This document shows, piece after piece, positions 1 to 14,289 of a stretch of 64,000 bases of DNA. Position 1 is the stretch's first letter. The number at the start of each line of letters is the position of its first letter. Origin of the DNA: Sminthopsis crassicaudata (taxonomy: Eukaryota). The translations under genes and the position numbers were made by a program. The stretch is from assembly GCF_048593235.1 (NCBI RefSeq), contig NC_133620.1, forward strand, positions 296,685,765 through 296,749,764. The letters run 5' to 3'. The notes beneath the pieces are model-generated. The model did no database searches and was not told the origin of the DNA. It saw only the letters and a list, made by a program, of their open reading frames with translations.

Positions 1-147
1 CTTAATTCTAGTTCCTCCTGTGTCTTTCTCATTATTCCCTTCCTAAAATATACTTCTCTGGGATCCTGTAGCTTCCATGTCCTCCTATGATTTCCCCTAC
101 TTCCCTTTCTTTTCTTTACTTTCCTCCTTCCCTCTGACCTCTGGTAG

Positions 148-1798
<1,651 letters not shown>

Positions 1799-2397
1799 AA
1801 GGGCCCCAGCTCTGCCATTCAACCCGCCCCAGGGGCCGTCCTCCAGCCCACATCCCACCCCTGGAACTTGCTGCCAATCCTCCACCTTCCCCACCCCTTG
1901 GGCCACCATCAGGATAGGAGCCCCTTTCTCCTCCACCCTTATTTTCCAAACCAGGGCTTTCTCTCCGTGTTCCCCCATCCCTTTGCCCCAGGTGCCTTCT
2001 CCAGTGATTCTTTGAATGAAGGTGCTGTGGTTGGGAAGGGGTGTAAGGGAGTTGCTCTTCCAAAGTAGCTCCAATCTTAATACATTCAGCTCTCGAGCAA
2101 ATGGTTTGGGGTAAGAGGGGATGGAAAGAGGTAGGGCTTCCCCATTTTTCCCCATTCCCTTACAGTATTAAACTCTATCCTCAGTAACCAAGGAGGGGAA
2201 TTTGCCCTACCTGTCCCTTTCGGACCCACATGGGGAAATGGAAAAATTCTTGAGAAGGGAGGGAAAATCTTGAGGTGGGATGGGAAATGACCCCTAGGGG
2301 GAAGGGAGGGGAGTCATGGCTGCATGTTTCTCTCCTCTACCTCCCCAAAATTGAGGGTGGGAAATTGGGAGGGAGGGCAATCCATGTTCAGCCTCAG

Positions 2398-2403
2398 AAT
2401 AAA
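2398..2403 (+). terminator. Candidate proximal CHD3 poly(A) signal AATAAA
   Basis: Canonical hexamer about 600 nt after the stop; usage unverified. Confidence 0.4.
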
Positions 2404-3028
2404 GGCGCCATGCACTGGCTGAGTCACCTTCCCGTGTACTGGATCCTTGTGTTAGGGGGATTTCTCTCCCCTCCCCTCAAGGGACCAAGTACCACCTCCC
2501 CCTATGAAATATGTCAGGGATGGAGGACACTCAGGCCAAAGAGGAGCCTCCCTCTTCCCCCATCCACAAGCTCAGCAACCCAGGTATTGTAGAGAAGATG
2601 GGAAGGAATACAAAGGGCCAGAACCGGGGAACAGGCCCTTTTGTGCCCCAGCTCTGGAAACTCAGGTGTCCTAAGAGTGCTCTATCAACCCCTTCCTTCC
2701 TTTGTCCTCGTCCCTCCCCCTTCCCCCTCCCCCAGCTCCAAGCTTGGACCAAGGGGCTGAATTTGACTGGATAAGGTAGGGTGTACTAGCTAGGGGAACC
2801 TTGCCTCCATACCTCTGAGACTGTAACAGAGAACTTGGGGGTGAAGCACTATAGGGAAGTATTCCCCCCATGGGGACCAAGGGAAAGTGACATTTTGCAT
2901 GGTGAACCCCCAGCTACCACAGCCCTCTTTGCTATCCCCTTTACCTTTTCCTTACTCCAACCCTTCTGCTTTTTCACCTGCTCCTCACCTATCCCACTTC
3001 CTTCTGTATCGGGTTTCTTGGTTGTACA

Positions 3029-3034
3029 TATAAA
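3029..3034 (+). terminator. Candidate distal CHD3 poly(A) signal (TATAAA variant)
   Basis: Preceded by TGTA and followed by GU/U-rich tctgtgtgctctgttattttgg. Confidence 0.4.
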
Positions 3035-4105
3035 TTATACTTTCCTTTCTGTGTGCTCTGTTATTTTGGAGGTGGGGTTCTTTGGTTTTGAAGGGTGGGG
3101 ATTGATGAAGGGAGTGTTTATCAGGCTTCTGATGCTGTTCTGAATAGCATTCTCTATATTTTATGATTTTTCTTTTCTCTCTTTAAAAAATTTCAGTCAT
3201 TAAGGATGAAGCAAACTTGTGTGCCTAGTAGTGTACTAAGCACTGAGGATATAAAGAAAGGCAAGCAAATCCTTGCTTGAGCTTAGACAAAACGGTCTAA
3301 TGGGAAAACAACATGTTAACAAACTACATACAAACAAGAATATAGACATCACAGGCTTCCTGACCCCATTCCTGGACACTCTTATGTTAAGCTCAATGAA
3401 AATGTGGTTAGGCAGAATGTATTGTAGAGTTGAAAGTATAATTAAGCTGCCTCAGGTGGAGTGAAGCTGAGCCGAAGGGACTTAAGGCGGCAACTGCCTC
3501 ATTTTTTACAGAGAAAATCTGCAGTGGTTAGAGGTGGGACTCAAACCCAGTACTCTGCCTGCAGAGCTTGCCTACTGTACTACTTAGTATTCTCTCTCTT
3601 GAATAATGAAGCCTGAAGTGGGAGAGGCTTGGATTTATGGAAGAATTCTATTACTCATCCACATCTTCCGGTAGTCTTATCAAGTTGGTCAATTAAGCAA
3701 TTAATTTGTTGTAGAGGGAAAACTACAAGGCTTACTAAACCCCAAGTAAAGTTTTTGGTAACAGATTAATGGAACTACTGGGCAACTAAGGAATGAAAAA
3801 ATGAACTGGCCAGAAAAACAATTTGTAGTTAGGAGTGGGGATGCCCTCTGCCACTTCACAAGCTCTATTGTGAAAGTAAGGGTATGAAGAGAATTGGAGT
3901 AAAGAGTCTTGGTTCTTCATCTGCTCTCCATTTTCACCATGTTTTATGATATATCCCTCAGACTTCCTATTACAGGGGGAGACAAAGACATGTTACCCAT
4001 CCCCAAAATTGAGGGAAAATGAGTAGCTACTAGGAACAGGAATAATTAAGGGTATAGTTGAAGAAAGGAAGTGAAAAATAACAGGGAAATTATATTTAAC
4101 AAATG

Positions 4106-4111
4106 TTTATT
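4106..4111 (-). terminator. Candidate RNF227 poly(A) signal AATAAA
   Basis: tttatt on +, about 485 nt downstream of the RNF227 stop; convergent with CHD3. Confidence 0.5.
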
Positions 4112-4595
4112 AGAAATTGGGAGTATCTTTGACAGGTATACAATTTAGTAGGAAAAATAAGAAATATGCACAAATGAGTAAGTGCAAAAAAGGATGTCCA
4201 TACAAAGTACAAATTCATCAGGAATTGAATGGGAAGAAGTGATGATACTAAAGCAACAACAAAGGTGTTTTAACACCTCAAACCATTTCACAAAAATATG
4301 GGAGCTGCTCCACCATACAGGTCAAAGGAATTATTGTGGATCTGACCTATCACATATGAAGACTAAGCTGTTAGTCCTCTGTATCCTAATATAAAGGAAG
4401 ACTGAGGCAAGAGCCCAGGTTCATATGCCACCTCATGAATTTTAAATTCCATGTGCACGGGCATGCGCACATACACAAGCACCAATCCCCGGAGCTGGCA
4501 GGAACAAAAGCCTTTTAACCCACCCTCGTGGGTGGGCAGCAAAAAGAGGTAGCAGCTGTTTCCACTTTCATTCTTACAGCCCACAGTATCCTCAG

Positions 4596-6125
<1,530 letters not shown>

Positions 6126-6449
6126 TTTGCCCCTGGAGCTGACAAATTGTAGAGTTTGAAGTTTGAGGCCGGAGAATGCTAGGAGCCTTGATGAGGGGAG
6201 TCAGTTCCTTAACTTAAGCATTCCCGACTAAAGCAGATTTACCCTACCTCCCTTTCCTATCTCCCACAAATTGGTCTTTTCCCCCAAGTTCTTTCTTTTT
6301 TAACCACAGATCTCCACACCAGAATTCTAGCAGTTTAGTTTAACGAGAACATATCAAGTGGTCATCTATTTTTTATTCAAAGACCTCCAGCAAGGGAGAG
6401 CCTACTATTTCCTGAGACCCCCGTTTTCGCACTCTTAACAAACCTTTAA

Positions 6450-6720
6450 GGTTAAATGCCTGTTATGTTCAGGCATTGTGCTAAGAACTGGGAATACATA
6501 AGAGTTTGTAAAAGTCAGTTCCTGCCTCTTGGAAGCTTTCGATCTAACATGCAAACAAATATATACAAAGCAAGTTAGATTCAGGTTAAATAAAACAGAA
6601 GGAAGGCACTGGGATTAAGGATTGGTGAAGGCTTCCTGTAAAAGGTGGAGATTTATAAAGGAAGCCAGAAAAGTCATTGATAAGGAGAAAGAAAAGTATT
6701 TTAGACATGGGGAACAACCA
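6450..6720 (+). mobile_element. L2 LINE 3' fragment (old)
   Basis: aaatgcctgttatgttcaggcattgtgctaag...cagttcctgcctc motif typical of the L2 3' end; ends approximate. Confidence 0.55.
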
Positions 6721-7130
6721 AAGAAAATAGCTGGAGCATTTTTCCCTATGTAGACTCCAAATTTATCCCTTTGCATCTTCTATTTATTACTCTTAATTCT
6801 ACTCTCCAAAACAAGTGCATCCCCTCTTCCACATTATAGCTTTTCGAAGATACTCTTTTGAAAGGTATCCTCCCCTAAATTTTCTCTGAGCAAAATCTCT
6901 CCAGTTCCTTCAATAGATTCTTCAGTATCCTGATTTCTCTGGACATTCTATCCTGTCAATATCCGTCTTAAAATATGTCCATAATAATATGATACTTTAG
7001 ATACCGTACAAGCCTAGTACAGTGGAACTTCACTTCTCCAGTTAGGGATAACATGCTTTTCTTAATATACCCTATTTCCTTTATTGATTTTCTACCTACC
7101 AACTGTCCTCCCAAAAAGCACAACTTTGAT
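6720..7130 (-). mobile_element. L3/CR1 3' fragment (old)
   Basis: Degenerate antisense CR1 3' sequence; ends approximate. Confidence 0.5.
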
Positions 7131-7139
7131 CTTTTAAAA

Positions 7140-7604
7140 AATTTTAAGTTATATGTGTACATTTTTTTTTCATATTTCCATGAGAGTCATGTTAGGAGAG
7201 AAAAATCAAAACAAAAGGGAAAAAATCCATGAGGTAAAACAAACAAACAAACAAAACAAAACAAAACAAAAAAACAGAAGAAAAATTGTTGCTGTGTATA
7301 ATGTTTTCTTGGTTCTGCTTGTTTCACTCAACATTAGTTCATGTAAATCCAGGCTTTTTAAAATCAGCCTGTTCCATCATTTTTTAATAGAATGATAATA
7401 TTCCATTACTTTCATATGCCATTCCCCAATTGATGGGAATCCATTCATTTTCCAATTCTCTGCCACCACAAAAAGAGCTGCTACAAACATTTTTGTACAT
7501 GTGGGTTCTTCTCCCTCTTTTATAATTTCTTTGGGATACAGACTCAGTAGTGGCATCATTGCATCAAAGAGTATACAGTTTTTATAGCCCTTGGGGCATA
7601 ACAA
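7140..7604 (-). mobile_element. L1 3' fragment
   Basis: ORF 7377-7604 encodes L1 ORF2 C-terminal PLLSLYPKEI...KMFVAALFVVAENWK; (AAAC)n within. Confidence 0.85.
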
Positions 7605-9975
7605 CTTTGATCATATTTGATCCTTGGGAAGTTCCACTTCCTCCTGAAATGTGACTATTGACTAAACATAATTCCTAAATTCTGAAATCTTACTTATCCT
7701 AGCCTATCCAACCTTGCCATCTTCTCTGGACAAGCTTAGACCTCACTATTCACACCTTTTTTTTTTTTTTTTTTTTTTTTTTCCTAAATATTCTTTGACA
7801 GGGAGTTCCTATCTCAGTCTTTACACACAGTTGTTTGTTTTTGTTTGTTTGTTTGTTTGTTTTTTGTTTTTTGCTGTTGTTGTTTTTTACTATCTATGTT
7901 TTTATGACCATTCAAAAATGAGATGCTGGGTTTTTTGGGGTTTTTTGTTTTGCCTCTGTTGGAATCAGTTTTCATCAGGACATTAACTAAACTCTTATAT
8001 CCTTCTATTCTTAGACCCAACCTTCAGCCTGACTCTTCAATACCACAGTACCACTTTCTTTTTGTCACTGCCACAAAAGCCAATATACCCAAGTTCCAGC
8101 TAAAGGTGGGTTGGAGTAGAAATATGAATCCAGATTCCAGGACCATACCTCAAGAATGCCAGAAATGAATCCCTTCCAGAGTGGCAGGACCTGTACACTG
8201 ACACACCATCCTTTATGCTAACACAGCGTAGAATAATGTATGACTCAGGGTTCCAGCTTCCCCCATAGGTAAACAGGACGTGGTTCCTTTGGCCTACATT
8301 CCCCACTGGGGCCCTATCACCAAATTTACCACCCTAAAACCACACCTAAGGCTTTAGTTAAAGGCAGTTAAAGAGCTGCCTGCTCTATCTCCTATATTCC
8401 ACCATTCCTTTAGGACATTCTTCCTTACCTCCTTTTTTCCCATTCTAGTCTAGTCCCCAATTCCCTCATCATCTTCTGGATGTTCTAAGCCAATACTTAA
8501 GTATTAAACAACAGAATCAGATTTTGAACTCAGGTCTTCTGACTCCAAATCCAATATTATTCCTATTGTACTATAATGCATCCATCTAAAAAACTTAAAA
8601 CAAATAAAAAAATCAAGCTGCTTTTTCTAGCACAAAATCAGACTCTTCAGATTACAACTATTGCATGAAGATGCTGTGTGTGGATATGATATGTACCCAG
8701 ACTATGTGCTTATCTTTCAGTTATTACTTACTTCTGGGCCTAAAGTTAGTGATAAATAAGATAATGGCGTAGGTAAATTTAACATTCTTTCATTGGGAGT
8801 CCTGGGGAGTATGCTCTTGAAATAGGAAGTCATATAGTGGGCAAGAAGAAGGCATAAGCTTTGTGTGTTGTGCAGATTTGGGATTGTCTTCCTCCCATTT
8901 GAATTTCCTGGTCACTGGATAACTGAGGCAATCAAGGACTGCTGTTAAAACTAGAATTGCTGATTGTCACATGGGCCAATGTAAGCAAAGGGAGCAGCAA
9001 AACCCACTGTGGTAACAGCTGTTAATTGTCATGATCCAAGACCATATTGGCCAATAACTGTGGCTTTCAGAGACAGGAATGAAGAGGTCCCTGGGGAAGA
9101 GATTGGGGCAGAAGAAAAGACCACCTATAATTGGCAGCATCTATTGAAAATCTTGTCAGTTGGTAAACAAGGTAGACAGAATTTTTCTTTCCCTACTCTC
9201 CTTGGCTTCTCTATAAAGAAGATGGAAATTATACCATATAACAGAAATAGTCTTATCAGGAGAGCCACACTTAGAAATGTATTGAGCCTGGTAAGGTAAG
9301 TCAGAAGTTTCAAAAGTCTTAGTGCAATTTTAAGTTCTAATAGCTTAAAAGCCCCAGGGTGTTTCCAAAATCTTAGTGCAGTTTAAAACTAAGACTTTTG
9401 GGACAACCTATGTTGGGATCTTTAAAAAGCCCATAGAAAGAATCAGACCTTTGCTTGGCCTACATAGGAAGGTGATTATCGATAACAGAAAGGAGGCATT
9501 TTTTAGTTTGTTTCTGTTTTTTCTGAAGAAGAAGATAGCCTTTACACAGGAAATGAGAGGGAGAAATGATTAATAAGGAGTTTATTAACTTATAAAGTAA
9601 GTTACTTTGTTAATTACAAAGTAAGTGATTAAGTAGAGAGCACCTAGCTGCCTGTGATAAAATTAAGTCCCTTGATCCAAATGACCTTATATCTTTGGGT
9701 TCTAAAAGAACTGGTAGATGTGATTGCTTGATGTAATTTGTACTTGGAAAACATGAAAGGTGAACCACAAGATTTGAGAAGGGCAAATATTACTAATTTT
9801 CTTCTAGTAAAGGGAAGAGAACAATGTGTAAACAATCAATAAGCTTGACTTGAATTCCCATAAAAATTCTAGAAAAGATTATTTAAAGAGATGCTTGATA
9901 AACATCTATTAAAAGGAATTCTGGTTATAAGGAACTGGTGTGACTTCTTCAAGAACAAGTTGTGCCAGACTAATC

Positions 9976-10357
9976 TGTAAAGGGCCAGAACTTGGGAGAA
10001 ATATACTTGAAACAAAGATTCTTACAAACGGAGTGTTAACTCAGTGGAATTGATAAGATGATGGTTCTTTAGTATACATATACTTAGTACTTAGCATGGT
10101 GATATAATGGTTCTCTAAGTTCACACATAAGTATGGTGTAATAATGTAATTGTAATAGGGTATTTAAGGGCTGAGAAATACTGGAAAAGAGACATTCTAT
10201 TTTTGACCATCCTTCTGTTGACTCTCATGCTTCCTAAAATCAATACTGAGCCAGAATAAAGATTCTAGACTCTATTCCTGATCATTCTCATGGTGTTTAT
10301 CCTGCTGAGACCAAGGCCTGACTGAAGGACCTTCTGGAAGTTAGCCCGAACATTATA
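9976..10357 (+). mobile_element. Solo LTR, 382 bp, 6-bp TSD CTAATC
   Basis: Starts TGTAAAGGG, ends AACATTATA (CA mutated), internal AATAAA; CTAATC at 9970-9975 and 10358-10363. Confidence 0.85.
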
Positions 10358-10428
10358 CTAATCTCATTTCATTTTTTGGACAGGATTACTAATCAAGGAA
10401 GGGAGAACTGCAGAGAGTTTATCTAGAA

Positions 10429-10620
10429 TAGGGGTTCTCAAACTACGGCCTGCCGGTCAGATGTGACCAGCTGAGGATGTTTATGAGGCCTGCCGATTAT
10501 GGCAAATGGGCTGAGGGGGAGAGACAAGAGTGTGAGTTTTTGTTTTTACTATAGTCCAGCCCTCCAACAGTCTGAGGGACAGTGAACTGACCTCCTATTT
10601 TAAAAGTTTGAGGACCACTG
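10429..10620 (+). mobile_element. Non-autonomous hAT (OC1/OposCharlie1-like) MITE, 192 bp
   Basis: 16-bp imperfect TIRs (TAGGGGTTCTCAAACT / CAGTGGTCCTCAAACT); 8-bp TSD ATCTAGAA/ATCTAGAG fitting the NTCTAGAN Charlie target. Confidence 0.9.
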
Positions 10621-10971
10621 ATCTAGAGTTTGACCAAACTTTTCATAAAGTATCTTACACTACTCTTGTGGAGGAGATGAAGAAATATGAATTAATGATA
10701 AAGTAGTCAGATAGATTTAATGTTTAATGTGTGGCCATTCTCATTCTTATTAATGATTTAATTTTAATGTGGCAGAACATGTTTAATGGAGTAACCCAGT
10801 ATAATCTACTACTCTAGATTAGAGGCTATTGATTGATTTCACTCAAAATATGGCACATATTACTGATGTAATCAGGTAGACTTGAATTTAAATCTGGCCT
10901 CAGAATTTACTTGCTATATAATCCATAGCAAGTCACCTCTTTTTGCCTCAACTGCCCGATGCTCCTGGGAT

Positions 10972-11149
10972 GTTTTTCCCAACATCGACCCTAAATTAGC
11001 CTCCTGGAATTTCTGCCCACTGCTGCTGGTCCGACCCTCGGGAAACAAAAGAATTGATTCCTATTCTACATGTCAACCCTTTAAATACAGTTATGTCACC
11101 TTGAGTGTTTTTCCCCAGAATAAATGTATCCAGTTTGTTCAACCAATCT
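10972..11149 (-). repeat. Inverted near-copy (about 93%) of 11945-12121
   Basis: Manual alignment: 9 substitutions, 2 indels, first 48 bp identical. Confidence 0.9.
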
Positions 11150-13069
11150 ACAGATTCAATATCTTTCATTATTGTAGAGTTCTGTCGTCTCTCAATTGTA
11201 ATCTTTCTCTGGGAGGAGGTTTCTTTTCTGTAAATCCTTTTCTTTGTGAGCAGATTTCTTGGGAGGTAAGTTTCCCTGAACATTCTCCCTCTTATTAATG
11301 TTTCTCCTCAACTGTGAAATGGGGATACTAATAACAAAGGGTTGTTGTAAGGCTCAAAAAAGATAAATATTTGTGAAAAGGACCTAGCACAGTGACTGGA
11401 ATATAGGAGGTGCTATTTAAATGTGCATTTCTTTCTCTCCCCAGCTCCCATTTAAAATTTTTAGCAGTGATTTGGTTAAAGTCACTCAAATTTACAAATA
11501 ACATCAAGTTGAAAGAAGGAGCTAAAACATAGAATGACAGAGTAAATATTCCAAAAGACATTGATAAGTAAAAACATTGGGCTGAATCTTCTAACACGAA
11601 ATTCAATAGGGATAAATGTAAATGTTGCACTTAATATACCAACCCCCCCTCCCCCCCACAAATTAGCTATACAAATATAAGATGTGGAGATATGGAGTTT
11701 TCATTGACTGCAAACAATCAAAATTAGTAATATGATAGGAAAACCAAAAAAATCTAATGTGATCTTATGTTGTATCAAAAGGGATTCCAGCATTATGGAG
11801 TCCCAGGATACTTTGCCTTTGTCAGCCCTTATTTGGACTATTGCATTCTAGGCACCACAGTTCAGGAAAGATATTAATAAGAGGGAGTGTGTTCAGGGAA
11901 ATTCACCTAAGGATAGTGAAAAACTTTGAATCTATAACATCTGAAGATTGGTTGAACAAACTGGATACATTTATTCTGGGGAAAAACACTCAGGGTGACA
12001 TAACTATTTAAAGCGTTGACATGTAGAATAGGAATCAATTCTTTTGTTTTCCGAGGGTTGGACCAGGAGCATTAGGCAGAAATTTCCAGGAGGCTAATTT
12101 AGGCTGGATGTTGGGAAAAACTTCCTAACAATTATAGCAACTTAAAGTGGGAAGAGGCAGCCTAGAAAGAGTGGGAAGGCTTTAAGTAATAGAGGCTGGA
12201 TGACTACTTGTTAGGTGTAATCACAGTGAAGATTCCTTTGGTGGATGGGGCTGATGGGATTCATTCTGCCTCTCACATCCTACTTGAGATGTTTTGGATT
12301 CATCCTCCATCTTATTCCCTCAATAATCCTTAGATGCCTATGATTGACATACTTGAAATGGGAACATTTTTTAAGAAGGCTTTGGGAAATGGCTGAAAGG
12401 AAAATGACCCCTAGCAGGAGTGCATTATCTTTTTATTTATATTTCTGCTATTTCCATCAAATTTTGAGGGCATGATATATTAACTATATCAGTCTTGTGA
12501 ATAATAGTGGTCCTGGGTTATGACTATAGAAGAATCTACGTGGAGGTAGAGACTCTAGAGAAGTGGGTTTTAGAGCTTTGATATTGTGAGCAATAAAATG
12601 TTGTTGAGTAACATGCCTGAGCTAAACCTAAACAAGTTTCTGGTAGTGATCAGGCAGAACACTGCTACCTTTTAGGGGCCTGTTCCCACATACCTCACTG
12701 AAGAACTGAGGTAGAAATTGGGCAAGTGTATCAAAGAGAAATACCTCCTGTGGGGAATTCAGATATTACAGCCACTTGATCCTCTGCCTTCCATCTTCAG
12801 GAAGATGGCACACCATTACTAGAGTGCCCCAAGTATCACATGAGAGTCATATATGTAAATCTTCCCAATTAATCTGTTAATTCCTAGATAGCAAGGATTA
12901 TTTCTAATATGAGATATGGCTATAAATGTAATGAAATAGTTTTAAATAAATAAGTCAGAAGTTATATGTGCAAGTAAGTACTGTCTCTTTCAAAATTGTC
13001 ATCTTGGAATACCATATGTATCCTAGTTGTTTAAAGCATCTAGAATTTGTCTCAAAGGGACTCAGTTTT

Positions 13070-13140
13070 GGGGCAGCTAGGTGGTACAGTGGATAGAGCA
13101 CCAGCCTTGAATTCAGGAGGACCAGAGTTCAAATCTTATC
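13070..13140 (+). mobile_element. WSINE1-type SINE (runs into N gap)
   Basis: GGGGCAGCTAGGTGGTACAGTGGATAGAGCACCAGCC...GAGTTCAAAT with A/B boxes. Confidence 0.9.
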
Positions 13141-13275
13141 NNNNNNNNNNNNNNNNNNNNNNNNNNNNNNNNNNNNNNNNNNNNNNNNNNNNNNNNNNNN
13201 NNNNNNNNNNNNNNNNNNNNNNNNNNNNNNNNNNNNNNNNNNNNNNNNNNNNNNNNNNNNNNNNNNNNNNNNNNN
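13141..13275. other. Assembly gap (135 N)
   Basis: N run. Confidence 1.
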
Positions 13276-13748
13276 AAATGGATTAAGTTATCTCTAATGT
13301 CCTTTTCAGATCCAGAACCTTCAACAATTTTGTGACCATCCTTAGTGGTAGCAAATATATCCTCTTGAATTGAAATCTTGGAAATATCCAACAATCAGTT
13401 AAAGCCAAGAAAAGTATGTGATCAAGCCAGGAAATGTTATTTGCCTGGAATGGAGGCTGAGTTTGATTATTCATATATGCCATAAATTGGCCGAGGTGAT
13501 TACCAAAAAGCATTCCAGGAATGCCCTGAGCAATGGTAGCATCACTGAAATAAATATGTATAGCTTCTCAATAGAACAGCTTTGAATGTAACAACATTCA
13601 TGTAGACAGATGAGCTCTAGAATATTAACTTAGAAGAATTGCTCTCTATGTGCTTTATGTCCTTACAGTGAGTGACCCAAGATGAATAGGAGATGGCTGG
13701 CAGGAATAACCAGGGATTGGAATGTCAGTATATTTTTGTAGCTAAGCA

Positions 13749-13754
<6 letters not shown>

Positions 13755-13787
<33 letters not shown>

Positions 13788-13913
13788 TTTGCTGAGGCAG
13801 TTGGGGTTAAGTGACTTGCCCGGGGTCACACAGCTAAGAAGTGTTAAGATTTAAACTCAGGTCCTTCTGACATCAGGGCTGGTGCTCTATTCACTGTGCC
13901 ACTTAGCTGCCCC
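13755..13913 (-). mobile_element. WSINE1-type SINE with (TAA)n tail, 10-bp TSD AGCAATTATT
   Basis: TSD at 13745-13754 and 13915-13924. Confidence 0.9.
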
Positions 13914-14104
13914 TAGCAATTATTCTTTTCTTCTGAAGGTTAGATGTATCTCTCTTCTAGATTTAGGGAGTGGAAGTGGTGATGAGACAATCTAGTGGGA
14001 GAAAGAGTGGAAATGACATTTTGATTATAGCTTCTTTCTACATCCCTAGTGATTTAACACTTGAGGGATCTTAGCAAACTTCTTTTATTCATTTACTTAT
14101 CTTC

Positions 14105-14289
14105 CTGAATTCAAATTTAGTCTCACACACTTACTATGTGACTCTGGACAAGTTACTTAACCCTGTTTGCCTCAATTTCCTCATCTGTAAAATAAACTAG
14201 GAAAAGAAATGGCAAACCACTGCAGTATTCTTGCCAAGAAAACACCAAATGGGGTTATAGAATCAGATATGACTGAAAACAACTGAACA
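14105..14289 (+). mobile_element. Mar1-type CORE-SINE
   Basis: CORE (gcctcaatttcctcatctgtaaaat) plus RTE-derived tail (gaaatggcaaaccactgcagtattcttgccaagaaaac). Confidence 0.8.

Larger units (their letters stand above)
8700..12240 (+). mobile_element. Ancient L3/CR1 LINE, interrupted by LTR, hAT MITE, MIR pieces and an inverted copy
   Basis: Decayed CR1 RT motifs (K-S-P-G-P-D-like at about 9660-9720; CQTN|LISF split by the LTR; 3' end at about 11950-12240); ends approximate. Confidence 0.75.

Noticed and set aside
13047-13394. ORFs containing X runs (also 32762-33097 and 38420-38773)
   Set aside because: Artefacts of N gaps; two 135-N gaps break inside WSINE1 copies, indicating assembly breaks rather than biology
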